Positions 13,356 to 28,592 are shown, counted from the stretch's first letter. The stretch: 64,000 nt of DNA from Octopus vulgaris (GCA_951406725.2 OX597815.1:191642001-191706000); one strand, 5' to 3'. Notes: generated by a model from the letters alone, not told the origin. Program-made: numbers and translations.

Positions 13356-13534
13356 CATCCGTCTATCTATCCAAAGTTTCTTTGATTAAGAATACTGTCT
13401 TGTAAAGAAATAGTTATCATCCATAAGCTAAGGAAAACGAATTCACCAAACTAGAATCACGCAACATTGTGGAACTGTCACCACCAACCATTTTTATGTC
13501 TTTGATGTCTCTGCTTGGTTTTGCATTCTATTTC

Positions 13535-14385
13535 ATACATACACACACACACATACATACATAGAAACATGCATGCATAGAAATACATACATACATACAT
13601 ACATACATACATACATACATACATACATACATACATACATACATACATACATACATACATACATACATGCATGCATGCATGCATGTATGTATGTATGTAT
13701 GTATGTATGCATGCATGCATGCATGCATGCATGCATGCATGCATGTATGTATGTATGTATGTATGTATGCATGCATGCATGCATGTATGCATGTATGCAT
13801 GTATGTATGTATGCATGCATGCATGCATGTATGCATGCATGCATGCATGTATGTATGTATGTATGTATGTATGTATGTATGTATGTATGTATGCATGTAT
13901 GTATGTATGTATGTATGTATGTATGTATGTATGTATGTATGCATGCATGTATGCATACATACATACATACATACATACATACATACATACATGCATACAT
14001 ACATACATACATACATACATACATACATACATACATACATACATACATACATACATACATACATGCATGCATACATACATACATACATACATACATACAT
14101 ACATACATACATACGCATACATACATACATACATACATACATACATGCATGCATACATACATACATACATACATACATACATACATACATACATGCATGC
14201 ATACATACATACATACATACATACATACATACATACATGCATACATACATACATGCATGCATGCATACATACATACATACACACACACATACATACATAC
14301 ACACACATACATACATAGAAACATGCATGCATAGAAATACATACATACATACATACATACATGCATGCATACATACATACATAAA
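13535..14385. repeat. Polarity-switching (CATA)n/(TATG)n microsatellite with (ATGC)n nodes
   Basis: Read directly: orientation flips near 13670 and 13950. Confidence 0.95.
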
Positions 14386-14750
14386 AGCATACATAAATGC
14401 ATAACTAATATAATCATACAGACACATGCATACAAGCATACGTACATATATGCACACAACCACACACACATACACACACACATAAATATATATAAATAAA
14501 TATAAATATGTATATGAAGATATATATATATATATGAATATATATATTCTTATAAATGAATACACACACACACACATATATATACATATACATACATAGA
14601 TATATATATATATATACATATACATACATACATATGCATACATACATATATACATATACATACATACACACACATACATACATACATATATATATATATG
14701 TATATATATATACGTATATATATATGTATATATATATATGTATGTATATG

Positions 14751-14801
<51 letters not shown>

Positions 14802-15173
14802 ATATATATTATATATTTATTCATACACACCTATACATGTGCATAATTCGATTATCTAGTTATAGACTAATGGTGGTAATGTCATTGGTGGTGATAACGA
14901 TGATGATGATGATGGGCGTTGTGTTGAATTGTACTTTACATCTGACATGTTCGTGTTGTCCTAGTCGCGTGCACAGATATGTATGCATGTATGTATGTAT
15001 GTATGTATGTATGTATGTATGTATGTATGTATGTATGTATGTATGTATGTATGTACGTAGGTATGTGTGTATGTGTGTATGTGTATATGTATGTATGTAT
15101 GTGTGTATGTGTGTGTGTATGTACGTATGTGTGTATGTATGTATGTATGTATGTATGTTGATTCACACATGCA

Positions 15174-15233
<60 letters not shown>

Positions 15234-15246
15234 TATATGTGACTAT

Positions 15247-15663
15247 AGGCGCAGGAGTGGGTGTGTTGTAAGTAGTCTGCTTCCCAACCACATGGTTCAA
15301 GGTTCAGTCCCACTGCGTGGCACCTTGGGCAAGTGTCTTCTGCTACAGCGTCGGGCTGACCAAAGCCTTGTGAGTGGATTTGGTAGACGGAAGCTGAAAG
15401 AAGCCCATCGTATATATATGTACATATGTGTGTGAGTGTGTGTGTGTATATTTGTGTATCTGTGTTTGTCTCCCCGTCAACATCTCTTGACAATCGATGC
15501 TGGTGTGTTTACGTCCCCGCAATCTGGCGGTTCGGCAAAAGAGACCGATAGAATAAGTACCAGGATTACAAAGAATATGTCCTGGGGATCGAAATGCTCG
15601 ACTAAAGGAGATGCTCCAGCAAGGTCGCACTCAAATGACTGAAACAAATAAAGGAATAAAAGA

Positions 15664-15665
<2 letters not shown>
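15247..15665 (+). mobile_element. SINE family A
   Basis: Full head to tail. Confidence 0.9.
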
Positions 15666-15723
<58 letters not shown>

Positions 15724-16073
15724 GTATATATGCATACATACACACACATATATACATATGTATGTATATATGCATACATACATACACACACATATATAAA
15801 ACACATATATACACACACACATATACACACACATATATATAATACATTCATGTATATATATTTACACACACATACATGCATACATATATCCATACAATGT
15901 GTGTGTGTGTTTGCGTGTGTATGTATCTTCTGCAGTTGTCTGCGTTTGATTGTAGGTATAGCGATTATCTACCTGTATATGTAACTACCTGTCGCTCTGC
16001 CTGTCTGCTGGCTTGTTTATCTATATATATATATATATATATATATGTACATACATTCCCGTGTTTATCTGTA

Positions 16074-16131
<58 letters not shown>

Positions 16132-16177
16132 TATATGCATATATATATATAAATACATATATATATACATATATATA

Positions 16178-16560
16178 TCTCTCTATATATAAACGGCAGT
16201 TTGTCTGTGCGTGTTTCTGTGTGTCTGTCAGGTTGTACCCTCACCCTGACCACGGCTTTCAACCGATTCTGATGAAACTTGACACACACATAGCCCAATG
16301 TCATAATTCAAAACTAACGCAGCGAAAATTTTGAAAAGTTCCCCCAGTTCTGAAAAAAATCGATAAATTCGACATGGGGTCGACAATGAGAAACACAAAC
16401 CACAAACTGTCTAGGGAACGCAACTCCACCTTTTTTAAATCTCAAAAAAATTTACCATCATTTTTTTCCATTTTTTTGCTATTTTTTGGCTATAACTCTC
16501 TAAAAATGCTTTATAGTTATTTCCCTTACAAACCTGAGCAACGCCGGGCGATACTGCTAG
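16178..16560 (+). mobile_element. Non-autonomous Helitron
   Basis: A|TC start, subterminal hairpin cctgagcaacgccggg, CTAG|T end, no TSD. Confidence 0.8.
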
Positions 16561-17352
<792 letters not shown>

Positions 17353-17704
17353 CACAAACACAAATGCACCCATTGTATGTACGTTTGTATGTATGTATGT
17401 ATATATGTATGTATGTATGTATGTATGTAAGCACCTCGTAAAAGTAGAACAAGTCATAGTATGCTAAAGGGTTATAAATGAAAGGAAAATAGGATTTTAG
17501 GTATTTTTAACGGATATTTATAGTATGGAATGTGAAAGTTGAAAAATCGATGTTGCTGAAACTGAAGTATTGGATTTTAAGGGATAAGACACTGGCTGTG
17601 TGCGCTGTGAGAGAGAGAAAGAAAGGGTGAGATAAATAGATAGATAGATAGATATATAGATAGAGCTAGAGAGAGAGAGAGAGAGAGAGAAAGGGGGAGG
17701 AAAG

Positions 17705-17757
<53 letters not shown>

Positions 17758-18328
17758 TGTAGAAGAGGAAGGTTTGGAAAAGCGGTTACGGATGTTGAAG
17801 GAGGTAAGAGGAATATGCCACGAAACGAACTGTAAGCTAAACAGGGCAGATGTCGTTGAGAGGAAGAATAAGAGAGTGAGCGAGAGAGAGAGAAAGAGAG
17901 AGAGAGAGAGAATGGGGAGAGAGGGAGGGGAGAAGGAGGGAGTGGTAGAATAGGGAAGAGATAATGCGAAAGCGAAAGTAGACTGATTGGAAGAAAGACG
18001 GTATTTCCTTCTCTTTCCCTTCATCTCTCTCTCTCTCTCTCCCTTGCTCTCTTCCCCTCTCGTTCTCTCTCTCTCTCCTCCTCTCGATCTTTTATTCTCT
18101 CCTCTCTTCTCCCCCGTCTCTCTCTCTCTCTCTCTCTCTGTATATACATATAGTTATATAAATATATATGCACACACACACACACACGTGTGTGTGTACA
18201 CAAAATGATATAAATACACGCACGATAACATGCATATATATACATATGTAGATATATGTGTATGTATGTATGTATGTATATATGTATGTATGTATGTATA
18301 TATGTATGTATGTATATATGTATGTATG

Positions 18329-18362
<34 letters not shown>

Positions 18363-18496
18363 TGTATGTATGTATGTATGCATGCATGTATGTACATATA
18401 TATGTCATTGTTCAGTTTTATTTCAAGATTTCTTGCCAATATCCAAGGCTCCTTTATTGGAATTTCAACATCAACAGCAGGGTATTTTTGTTTGTT

Positions 18497-18605
<109 letters not shown>

Positions 18606-18882
18606 ATGTATGTATGTATGTATGTATGTATGTATGTTTTGTTTTATGTATGTATTTTCATGCATATAGTTTCATATCTAGATATGCTCATATATACTTA
18701 AATGCTAAACTTCTATAAAGTTTTACAGATTTTTACAGTTCCAGCTGTTTCCTTTCTGGTCTTGAGAAGCCTATATTCTCAAAATTGCTATCTAGGCAGT
18801 GTGTTACATATCCCAAGGCCCCAATAATTACAGCTATAAACCTGAACTTGTAATCTGGATAGAGCAACTGCAGATCTTTTTC

Positions 18883-19057
18883 AACCGATGTTGGTATGTT
18901 TACGCCCTCGTAACTTAGCAGTTCGGCAAAAGAGACCGATAGAATAAGTGCCAGGCTTACAAAGAATAAGTCCTGGGGTCGATATGTTCGACCAAAGACT
19001 GTACTCCAGCATGGCCGCAGTCAAATGACTGAAACAAGTAAAAGAATAAAAAGAATA
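18883..19057 (+). mobile_element. SINE family A, 3' part
   Basis: caaccgatgttgg...gactgaaacaagtaaaaga. Confidence 0.85.
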
Positions 19058-19473
19058 ATGTGTGTGTGTGTGTATAGTAGTTTAGTAAGGACAACGTAAT
19101 CCAGATGTTTACCTTGCTAAGCACTCCCGACGACGGTTGCTATCTGAAAATTACAAAAAGGGAAATACACTCGCCAGGAAACTGGTGTTTCAAATAAACA
19201 GAAAATCCGCAAATTCCAACTTCGTTGTAGAATAGGAATAATAAAAATCGAAAATTGGAATTTATGATATATTCATAGTTGACAATTGTTACATTACTTC
19301 CATGGCGAGAATTACCACATTACGTGTATGTCTTTGGACATATTTCTTTACCTTTTAATAATGCTCTGGTACAGCACGCCATGAAATATATATATTACAT
19401 AGTTGTGCATAGAATTGTTTCATCGGAACCGTTAATAAAAACAATATATGCATAATATATATACATATATATG

Positions 19474-19537
<64 letters not shown>

Positions 19538-19608
19538 ATTTATATTTATATAATAGAAATATTAAAATTACTAAGTCTCTCTAAAGGAGAGTACGGCAGC
19601 GTTACTGG

Positions 19609-19690
19609 AAATTAATAGTTATCGCCATACTAATATGACAGTCTTATATTTATAAGACTGCCATATTAGTATGGCGATAACTATTAATTT
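19609..19690. repeat. ~82-bp near-perfect palindrome between TA-rich tracts
   Basis: aaattaatagttatcgccatactaatatgacagtcttata / tataagactgccatattagtatggcgataactattaattt. Confidence 0.9.
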
Positions 19691-19706
19691 ATATTTATAT
19701 ATATGC

Positions 19707-19739
<33 letters not shown>

Positions 19740-19804
19740 TGTATGTATGTATGTATGTATGTATGTATGTATGTATACCATATATAATTAAAACAGTTAG
19801 AGTA

Positions 19805-21473
19805 TAAGGTTGTCTCACATGAAATGTATTTTAAATGGGTTACTTATGAGTCATCTATAAATGGATTTTTAATGAGTTTCTATGTTTTTGCTTGTGTTTA
19901 CTCTTAACTCTTTTTCTTTCTAGACAATACTTGTATTCAAAATTGCTACCTACAGCTCTTATGAGAATGTTGATAACTGAACAATACCGAGTGATTTTCT
20001 TATATGAATACGAGTCGGCTCACTCTGCCACTGAAGCTCTATGAAACATCAAGCGGGCTTTTGGTAATGGATCTGTTGACATTAGAACTGTTCAGAGATG
20101 GTTCCAAAGATTTCGTTCAGGAAATGAAAGCTTTAAAAATGAACCAAGAGCGAGACCAAGATCAGTTTTTCGGCATGATGGATTGAATGCTTTGGTTAAA
20201 CGAAATCCGAGAACAATGGTCCGAAAAATCGGACCAGAGCTCCTGACATTTTCTGCAACTGCTTCTCGACAAATTGGAAAAGTCAAAAAGATGGATAGGT
20301 TTGTTCCCCATCAACTTAATGAGATTCAAAGAAACAGACGCCTTACAGTGTGTTCCGTGTTGATTTCTCGGTTGGAAAGAGAACCATTTTTGTATCGACT
20401 CATTATGTGTGATGAGAAACAGATACTCTTTAATAACAGCAGGAGGACAGGGCAGTGGTTAGATGCAGGAGAGTCATCAAAACACAACCCAAAACCACCA
20501 TTGCACCCTAAAAAGTTGGTGGTCAACTAAGGGGGTTATTCATTATACATTTTTGCAACAAGGAAAAACTGTAACAGCAACATCCTATTGTTAAGAAATT
20601 GATTGTATGCATAAAAAATTAAAAAAGAAGCAACTCAGATTAGTGAATAAAGATGGACCAATTTTGCTTCATGACAATGCATGGCCTCACACTCCTCAAG
20701 CTACGGTCTACAAGTTGCAAAGCCTGAATTATAAAATTTTGGCACATCCTCCTTATTTTCCTGATATCTCTCCTATTGATTATCACATATTTAAACAGGC
20801 GCATGAGTGGCTGTCTGGTAAGTAGCTTGCTAACCAACCACATGGTTCCGGGTTCAGTCCCACTGCGTGGCATCTTGGGCAAGTGTCTTCTGCCATAGCC
20901 CCGGGCCGACCAATGCCTTGTGAGTGGATTTGGTAGACGGAAACTGAAAGAAGCCTGTCGTATATATGTATATATATATATGTGTGTGTGTGTGTGAGTG
21001 TGTGTGCGTTTGTGTTTGTCTACCTAGCATTGCTTCACAACCGATGCTGGTGTGTTTACGTCCCCGTCACTTAGCGGTTCGGCAAAAGAGACCGATAGAA
21101 TAAGTACTGGGCTTACAAAGAATAAGTCCCGGGGTCGATTTGTTCGACTAAAGGTGGTGCTCCAGCATGGACGCAGTCAAATGACTGAAACAAGTAAAAG
21201 AGTAAAAGAGTAATATTTAAACACTTCGAGCTTGCTATACGCAATAAAACATTCTTAAATAAAGAAGAGGTAATTGAAGCATTTTGAACAGTTTATCAGT
21301 GTAAAAGATAACAAATTCTTTGAAGATGGAATATATGCCTTAGAGGAATGTTGGATGAAGGTCATAAATGAACAAGGATCCTAATTTGATTAAATAAATA
21401 AATATTCTAAAACTTAAAGAACAATTTTTTGTTTCTTTTTTTTAAATGCAACATTTCATGTGAGACAACATAA
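19805..21473 (+). mobile_element. Full-length but defective mariner (DD34D) transposon, interrupted by a SINE
   Basis: TIRs gttgtctcacatgaaatgt / acatttcatgtgagacaac with TA flanks; motifs FVPHQL, IMCDEK, LHDNAWPH and HPPYFPDISPIDYH across frameshifted ORFs 20183-20825. Confidence 0.92.
20798..21212 (+). mobile_element. SINE family A with 11-bp TSD
   Basis: TSD atatttaaaca at 20787-20797 and 21213-21223. Confidence 0.93.
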
Positions 21474-21475
21474 TA

Positions 21476-22041
21476 TTGGGTTGTCCGGAAAGTTCGTGCC
21501 GATTTTTAAAGGCAAGAAAAAGGTCAATAAATACTTGCCATTGCATTTTTAATCAACCAAATATGAACCATTTTGTTGCACAATGTGTCTCCATCTTTCC
21601 TTTAACTTGAAAATACCCTCTTCCCAGAACTGAGGTGGTTTCATGGCAAAGAATTCATCAAGGTATCTTTTTACGTCATCCAAGGAATTGAAATTGTTAC
21701 CATTAAGACTATTCTGCAGAGACCTGAATAAGTGGAAATCTGAAGGAGCAATATCTGGTGAATATGGAGGGTGGGGTAACACATCCCAGCCAAGCTGCAG
21801 CAATTTTTGTCCTGTTCCCAAAGCATCAAGTGCCGAAAATGAACTTTCCTATCTTCCATTTTAAAGGGTTGCAGAATTAACACAGGTTATAGGAACATAA
21901 ATATTCTTCCATGAAAAGATAGCTTAAACTGTGCTCTAAATGGAGGTGTAGTCAAATCCTATTTTATGGACTCGACCACGTTCTAAAATAAGTCGAAAGG
22001 TAAGCTACTATAAATCGGCATGAACTTTCTGGACAACCCAA
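21476..22041 (-). mobile_element. Internally deleted mariner
   Basis: TIRs ttgggttgtccggaaagttcgtgccgattt / aaatcggcatgaactttctggacaacccaa with TA flanks; N-terminus MEDRKVHFRHLML joined to C-terminus HPPYSPDIAPSDFHLFRSL. Confidence 0.92.
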
Positions 22042-22059
22042 TATATACACGTGTATGTG

Positions 22060-22121
<62 letters not shown>

Positions 22122-22304
22122 ATGTATGTGCATGAATGTTCTGTCCAATTTATGATTTGAAAAAGCTGATCACGATCCATGTAATTAATATCTCTTTATA
22201 CTGTTCAGTCATGCCACAGCCACGAGAAATCTATATCTGTTTTCAGGTTATAAGAAAACCATTCACAAAATAGCTTGCAACCTGGCCCCGTATTCGATTT
22301 TAGC

Positions 22305-22478
22305 TAATGAACACTTCAGACATTTCATGCTTTACGAACTCCATGACGGTGATAACGCAAGTGCAGCAGTAAAATCCACCCAGAGCAGTTATAGTGTTGA
22401 TGAATTGAGTGAGAGAAAAAGAACTTGCAGAAAGGTGGATTTTCCCGGTTTCACAAATGGGGCTTTTTGCCTTGAGGG
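22305..22478 (+). pseudogene. Mariner transposase N-terminal (HTH) fragment
   Basis: EHFRHFMLYELHDGDNASAAVKS resembles mariner N-termini, including the one near 21850. Confidence 0.6.
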
Positions 22479-22644
22479 TAAAACAGCTTTTTACCCTCAT
22501 CCATTTATTACATTCAGTCGTGTAATTGCCACGCAATAAAAAAACAAAACACTTGTGTATTAATAATTGGGTATTCTACCCAGCAGTATATTGGATAGAT
22601 ATTATCCCTTAGTTGGTTGAATTCACAACCTCTGACTCTCTTGG

Positions 22645-22648
<4 letters not shown>
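22476..22648 (+). repeat. 3' end of an unclassified (TA)n-terminating repeat
   Basis: Near-identical to 25798-25975; both end ctctcttggaat-(TA)n. Confidence 0.8.
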
Positions 22649-22678
<30 letters not shown>

Positions 22679-23564
22679 AGTCAGGGATTATCATTCATTT
22701 CTTTCTCCACTTCCACCTGTCAGAACTGCTTGACCGCTTCCCACTCTTCAAGTTTCCACCACTCCTTCCATCCACTCTTTCAAAAAAGACTATTTTTGTT
22801 CCTCTCTCACTTCCGTTTGCCATTTTCATTCCTTTGCAGTCCGCATGTAACAACTGATGCTTTACCTTCTAAAGGACTCGATTCAGAAAGACTGCACGCA
22901 ATTGTCACAGCTAATGAACTCAGTAAGTAACGCAATGGTAGTTATAAAACTGTCCAGCACAAATTGAGGGGGAAAAATGGATCGAAAGGAACGAAAAGTT
23001 TTAATTGTTCGAAAATTGGTCGCACACAACCAGAAAAAGAATCATCAATAATGAAGCAAACACTTGAAGAGCTAAGAAGGGACGAAGGGACGGGTTTGTA
23101 GATGCAAGTACAACTCTTGCACAGAGCAGCGATCTCACCTTCACCTTCCTCCTGTGTCCTTCCTAGTTTAAAAATTACTCTAATCATTTTTTGTCTCACA
23201 CTCTTTTTAGGATTCTCTCTTTCTTTCTATTCTTCTGATGGAGGACCAACGTCCAAAACCGCGAGTTATTCTTTTTCGCTTTTGGAGCTTTAAATGGATA
23301 CAATTTTTGTCAAACTTTCTTCTTCCTCTGTTGTCCTTTTTAATGCTTATTGCCTTTTAAAGATATATATATATAGGCGCCGGAGTGGCTGTGTGGTAAG
23401 TAGCTTGCTTACCAATGAAAAGCATGGACACCTTTTCCCTGGTGGACTTTCATGGGGCCTTCGTGAAGTGGCTGGAGCACAAAAACAAGTGCATCTTGCT
23501 TTGAAGGAAATTTTCTTTGAAATGAATAAATGTCTCTGCTGAAAAAGTCTGAAAACTTTTATAT

Positions 23565-24532
23565 TGTTATGGGGGTCAATTCAGGGACAGTGCTTGCGAC
23601 CGACTTTTGTGAATAAATCCTTTGTCCTGTCAGATTTAGGTGGATTGATGAGCTCTTGGGAGACCTTCGACCCTTTTCAGGTGAAAGAAAGTTCGAGGAA
23701 ATATCCCTTAAAAAGCAGGAACTGTGAACCTGTAAGGACAGTCGGCCGGCAGCTCTAGCAGAGACGAGACTGATACGAGGGCCTGTCAGTAGAGGAAGAC
23801 AGACAGGGAATCTGAGGGGTTGACAAGCGAGAGAATGACGGTGAATGTGAAAGAGGAGGACAGGCAGATAAGATCACGGCGAGGGGCGGCGACAACGTGG
23901 AGAAGGATATACACATAGGATTAAGGAGCGAGAGAGAGGGACTACGGTATGAGGGCATTTGGCTATTGTAGTAGCTCGTAACGGTATGTTTATTTATGTT
24001 TGATATGTGAAAAGAACTGTTACAGAATTGCGGAAAGCAAAGAAAGAACTGTGTAAAGACATTGTGAATTAAGTAAAAGAGTTGTTGAAAAGAAAGAAAG
24101 ATGGAGAAAGACTCTAATGTAGACTTTAAAGAACTTTGAACTGTATCGTTAATGTGAACGTTATTTGTTTTAATTGATCTGAACCGATTTGTCTCTGAAC
24201 TGTATATTGATCTGCATGCTTTGATTTGTTGTTTTCTTGCTTTCTTGCATGTATTTTATTTGATGTTGTAATAATTGTATAAACTGTTGTTAAATGTAGC
24301 CAATTGCCTTCCGCCGTCTCTCTTTGTATCTCTTCCTGTTATTGTTGTTGTTATCTCCGGTCGCCGGTTGCCGGGTTCGCTGCTGCCCACCTCTTCCCCC
24401 ACCGAATTCTCTCTCTCCCTGAGTCCGTGGTGAGTTCACCGATCGATCGGGCCGGTAAATCGTCGTCGCTCGACTTGGTAGGGTCCCGGGTTTTTCCCGA
24501 AGAGTTTAAGCGACGGCTGGTGGTTCGTAACA
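23565..24532. mobile_element. Solo LTR (968 bp), Gypsy-like
   Basis: Termini TGTTA...TAACA with 4-bp TSD ATAT (23561-64 and 24533-36); no internal coding region. Confidence 0.75.
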
Positions 24533-24569
24533 ATATACATATATTCAAATAAAGGATTTTTCAATAATG

Positions 24570-24960
24570 GGCGCGAGCGTAGCTGTGTGGTAAGAAGCTT
24601 GCGTCCCAAACACATTGTTCCGGGTTCAGTCCCAGTGCGTGACACCCTGGGGGAAAGTGTCTTCTACTATAGCCTCGGGCTGCCCAAAGCCTTGAGAGTG
24701 GATCTGGTAGATGGAAACTGAAAGGAGCCTGTCGTATATATGTCTGTCTGTTGTGTCTGTATCTGTTCCTCACCATTACTTGACGATCGGTGTTGGTGTG
24801 TTTACGTTTCCGTAACTTAGCGGCTCGGCTCATGCGAAGATAGAATAAGTACCAAGCTTTAAAAGAATAATTACTGGAGTCGATTCGCTCGACTAAAATT
24901 CTTCAAGGTGGTGCCCCAGCATGGCCGAAGTCTAATGATTGAAAGTAGTAAGAGAAGAAA
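24570..24960 (+). mobile_element. SINE family A (diverged)
   Basis: Head, core and tail all recognisable. Confidence 0.85.
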
Positions 24961-25190
24961 ATACATCATATTATACAAATAAGGCATCAACGAATCCAGG
25001 GAAGGATATATATATATATATATATATACATGGCAATAAGAAAATGGAGGGGATCAATAGGTGGTATTCATCAACTTTTAGACATTATATTACGTCGATT
25101 TAAAAAACAATTATAATAATATACATACATGTATAACAGATTATGCTTTACATATATAAAAATACCAGTAATTATTAAAATATATAACAT

Positions 25191-25598
25191 AGGCGCAGGA
25201 GTGGCTGTGTGGTAAGTAGCTTGTTTACCAGCCACATGGTTCCGGGTTCAGTCCCACTGCGTGGAACCTTGGGCAAGTGTCTTCTACTATAGCCTCGGGC
25301 CGACCAAAGCCTTGTGAGTGGATTTGGTAGACGGAAACTGAAAGAAGCCCGTCGTATATATGTATATATATGTATATGTGTGTGTGTGTGTATGTTTGTG
25401 TTTGTCCCCCTAGCATTGCTTGACAACCGATGCTGGTGTGTTTATCTCCCCGTCACTTAGCGGTTCGGCAAAAGAGACCGATAGAATAAGTACTGGGCTT
25501 ACAAAGTCCCGGGGTCGAGTTGCTCGATTAAAGGCGGTACTCCAGCATGGCCGCAGTCAAATGACTGAAACAAGTAAAAGAGTAAAAGAGTAAAGAGT
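25191..25598 (+). mobile_element. SINE family A inserted in another repeat
   Basis: Flanks 25148-25190 and 25599-25718 are contiguous in the paralogous empty copy at 30665-30823. Confidence 0.9.
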
Positions 25599-26027
25599 AT
25601 AGAACATAGGAAGTAGAATAATTTGTTACAGCTGTTTCAGTCAAGAGGTCACAGTACCGCACTTTACTTCCATCCCTTCAGTGAACTGAAGTATTCGGTT
25701 GATAGAATTAAAGTACTTGGGTACATAATATAATGTCTAAAAGTTGATGAATACCACCTCTTGATCCCCTCCATTTTCTTATTGCCGTATAAATTAAGGG
25801 TAAAACAGCTTTTTACCCTCATCCATTTATTACATTCAGTCGTGTAATTGCCACGCAATAAATAAAAAAAAAAAACACTTGTGTATTAATAATTGGGTAT
25901 TCTACTCAGCAGTATATTGGATAGATATTATCCCTTAGTTGGTTGGATTCACAACCTCTGACTCTCTTGGAATTATATATATGTATATATATATATATGT
26001 GTGTATATATACAGAGAGAGAGAGAGG

Positions 26028-26061
<34 letters not shown>

Positions 26062-26707
26062 GAGAGAGAGAGAATGGGAGAGGAAGAAACCAGGTGGAGT
26101 AATATGTTCTAGTTTTTATTATTTTAGTCTTTCCGTCGAGGTCGGCTTTGCCTTTCATCCTTTCGGGGTCGATTAAATAAGTACCAGTTACGCACAGGGG
26201 GTCTATGTAATCGACTTAATACCTTCTTCAAAATTTGAGGCCTTGTGCTTCCAGTAGATAGAATTATTTTTGTCCGGTCTCTCTCTTTTTTTTTTTTTAA
26301 CTAGTTGTGCATAGTTCGATGAGGGGTACATTTGACTGCTATTTCTGTTTACGTAACCACATAGCGGATGTGCCGTGTCTGCTATAAATAGCGACTTGAT
26401 CTCCTTACTCTTCTTACATCGATCGCCAACCAGTGAAACAGCGAATTGATGAGAGCCTTTCTCTCCTTTTCGAGGGTACTCTTGAAACGATAGACACATA
26501 AAGCGTGTAATTAACAGAATTTTTTCAAATTTAACAAATTTTCACCCTAAAATAATCAATATCTTTGTCATAGTGACCAGGAAAACGATACTAAAACTCT
26601 CTGCAAGTGTGTCTGTTCTTGCGCACACGGATATACATATATATATACTTATATATTACTTGTGCATATATTATATATATATGCATACTTGTACATACGT
26701 GTGTGTG

Positions 26708-26764
<57 letters not shown>

Positions 26765-26898
26765 CCATATACATAAATATAATTATATATGTATATGTGT
26801 GTGTGTAAATATATATATATATATATTTATATACATACATGTATATGTATGTATGCATATACATATGTATATACTTATAATTACATACATATATGTAT

Positions 26899-26929
<31 letters not shown>

Positions 26930-27036
26930 GTATGTATGTATGTATATATATACACGTCACACATACACCAAAACACATGCACATATACATGTAAATGTGT
27001 ACACACACATACATTTATATACACAAAATGATATAA

Positions 27037-27076
<40 letters not shown>

Positions 27077-28554
27077 TATACATTTATGTGTATTATTTAT
27101 ATATATATGTACATATACATACGTATGTGTATGTATATAAATATGTATGCATATGTACGTGTGTACACATACACACACTTAAATACACACTCATACACAC
27201 TCACATACGCACGTCCTGCCCCACCACCACCACACCTACAACAATGGAGACAAAAAAAAGGGCAAATTCTTTCGAGTATAGTATTTTAAAATTTAAAAAA
27301 CAAAATCATAAATTTAAAAAAAAAAAACTAAAAACAAATGTAAGTGAAAATAAAAATGAAAAAAAAAAATAAAAACGAAAAGAAACTGAACTGTTGTTGC
27401 AGATGCTAATTCTAGCAGCATCCAAAGTCATTTTTAGCCTTGCCTTCCGATAAAAATTCATGCTCTATAGACTGATTCATTCAGTTTGTCATTTCCTTGT
27501 GAAACAAATAACTTTTTCTCTACGATCTCTGGGTTTTTGGTTTTATTCGTGTTTGATTTTTAGACTCAAGCGTGGCGCCAATTTACGTATTGATCTTTTG
27601 CTCTTGCCCTTCGTTTTTATCTTTTTTAATATCTATATAAAGAAAATAAGCTATAATGATTTAGTTTCGAATCGACGCGTAAATACTGTAGTTTAGAAGC
27701 GTGAATAGGAAGTTGTCTTGTTTTTAATGGTACAACTAATGCGTCGCCCTGTTTGACACCACTACACCAGTATCTGCCCCCGCCAGTGACTTTACAACGG
27801 AATGTATTCTGTTGCATGAGCCAACAAAGGAGCCTTGATGTGTTTGTTCGAAATGAAAGAAAAGCAACCAACTCTAACTCAAAAGGAACCCTAACCACCT
27901 TAAAAAGGGACATGTTAGATGATGTAGTCCAGGGTTTACTATGCCGCAAAAATGAAGGCTGAAAGGCAGTGGTCTCGCTCGAGTGTGTTCTGCCCAAGGC
28001 AGCCCTTAAGTTTGCCGTCCCAGGCAAATGCTTTCTATACAGGCTTATACAGTAGATCCAAAATAGCCGCTGTCTGAAAAGCGTAACACAGGGTGGAATG
28101 CCTCCATGCATATCCCTCAGCTACGCTCCTGTTCAAAGGTCATGGCTAGTATACCTTTGCTCCTTTATAGTCTTTCAATCATTGTTAACACTGGCCGGCA
28201 CTTAAGTACCATCGTCCACTGTGTTACATGTAGTTAGAGGACCAGGTTTCAGATCTGAAGATAAGCTCAATATCGTTGAGTGTGCTGTTTTCCTTTCCCC
28301 TTTAATCAGTCACTGCTGTCGGTGCAGTTACTTCCCCTGACACCGACTGCCTTAAATAGTTGGACAATAGAGGGCATATACAACATTAAGGTTCAGAGAC
28401 GCATCTCTTCCTCTTTCTGTAGCGGGACGCGAAACTACGAAGACGTAATCTAACTGGCTCTCTCTCACACACCACACGCCAGTAGCAGCTAGGAACTAAC
28501 GCACAGAAGAAGACCATGGCCTCCACGCATCAAGCCATTTCCATTTATCATTCC

Positions 28555-28592
<38 letters not shown>

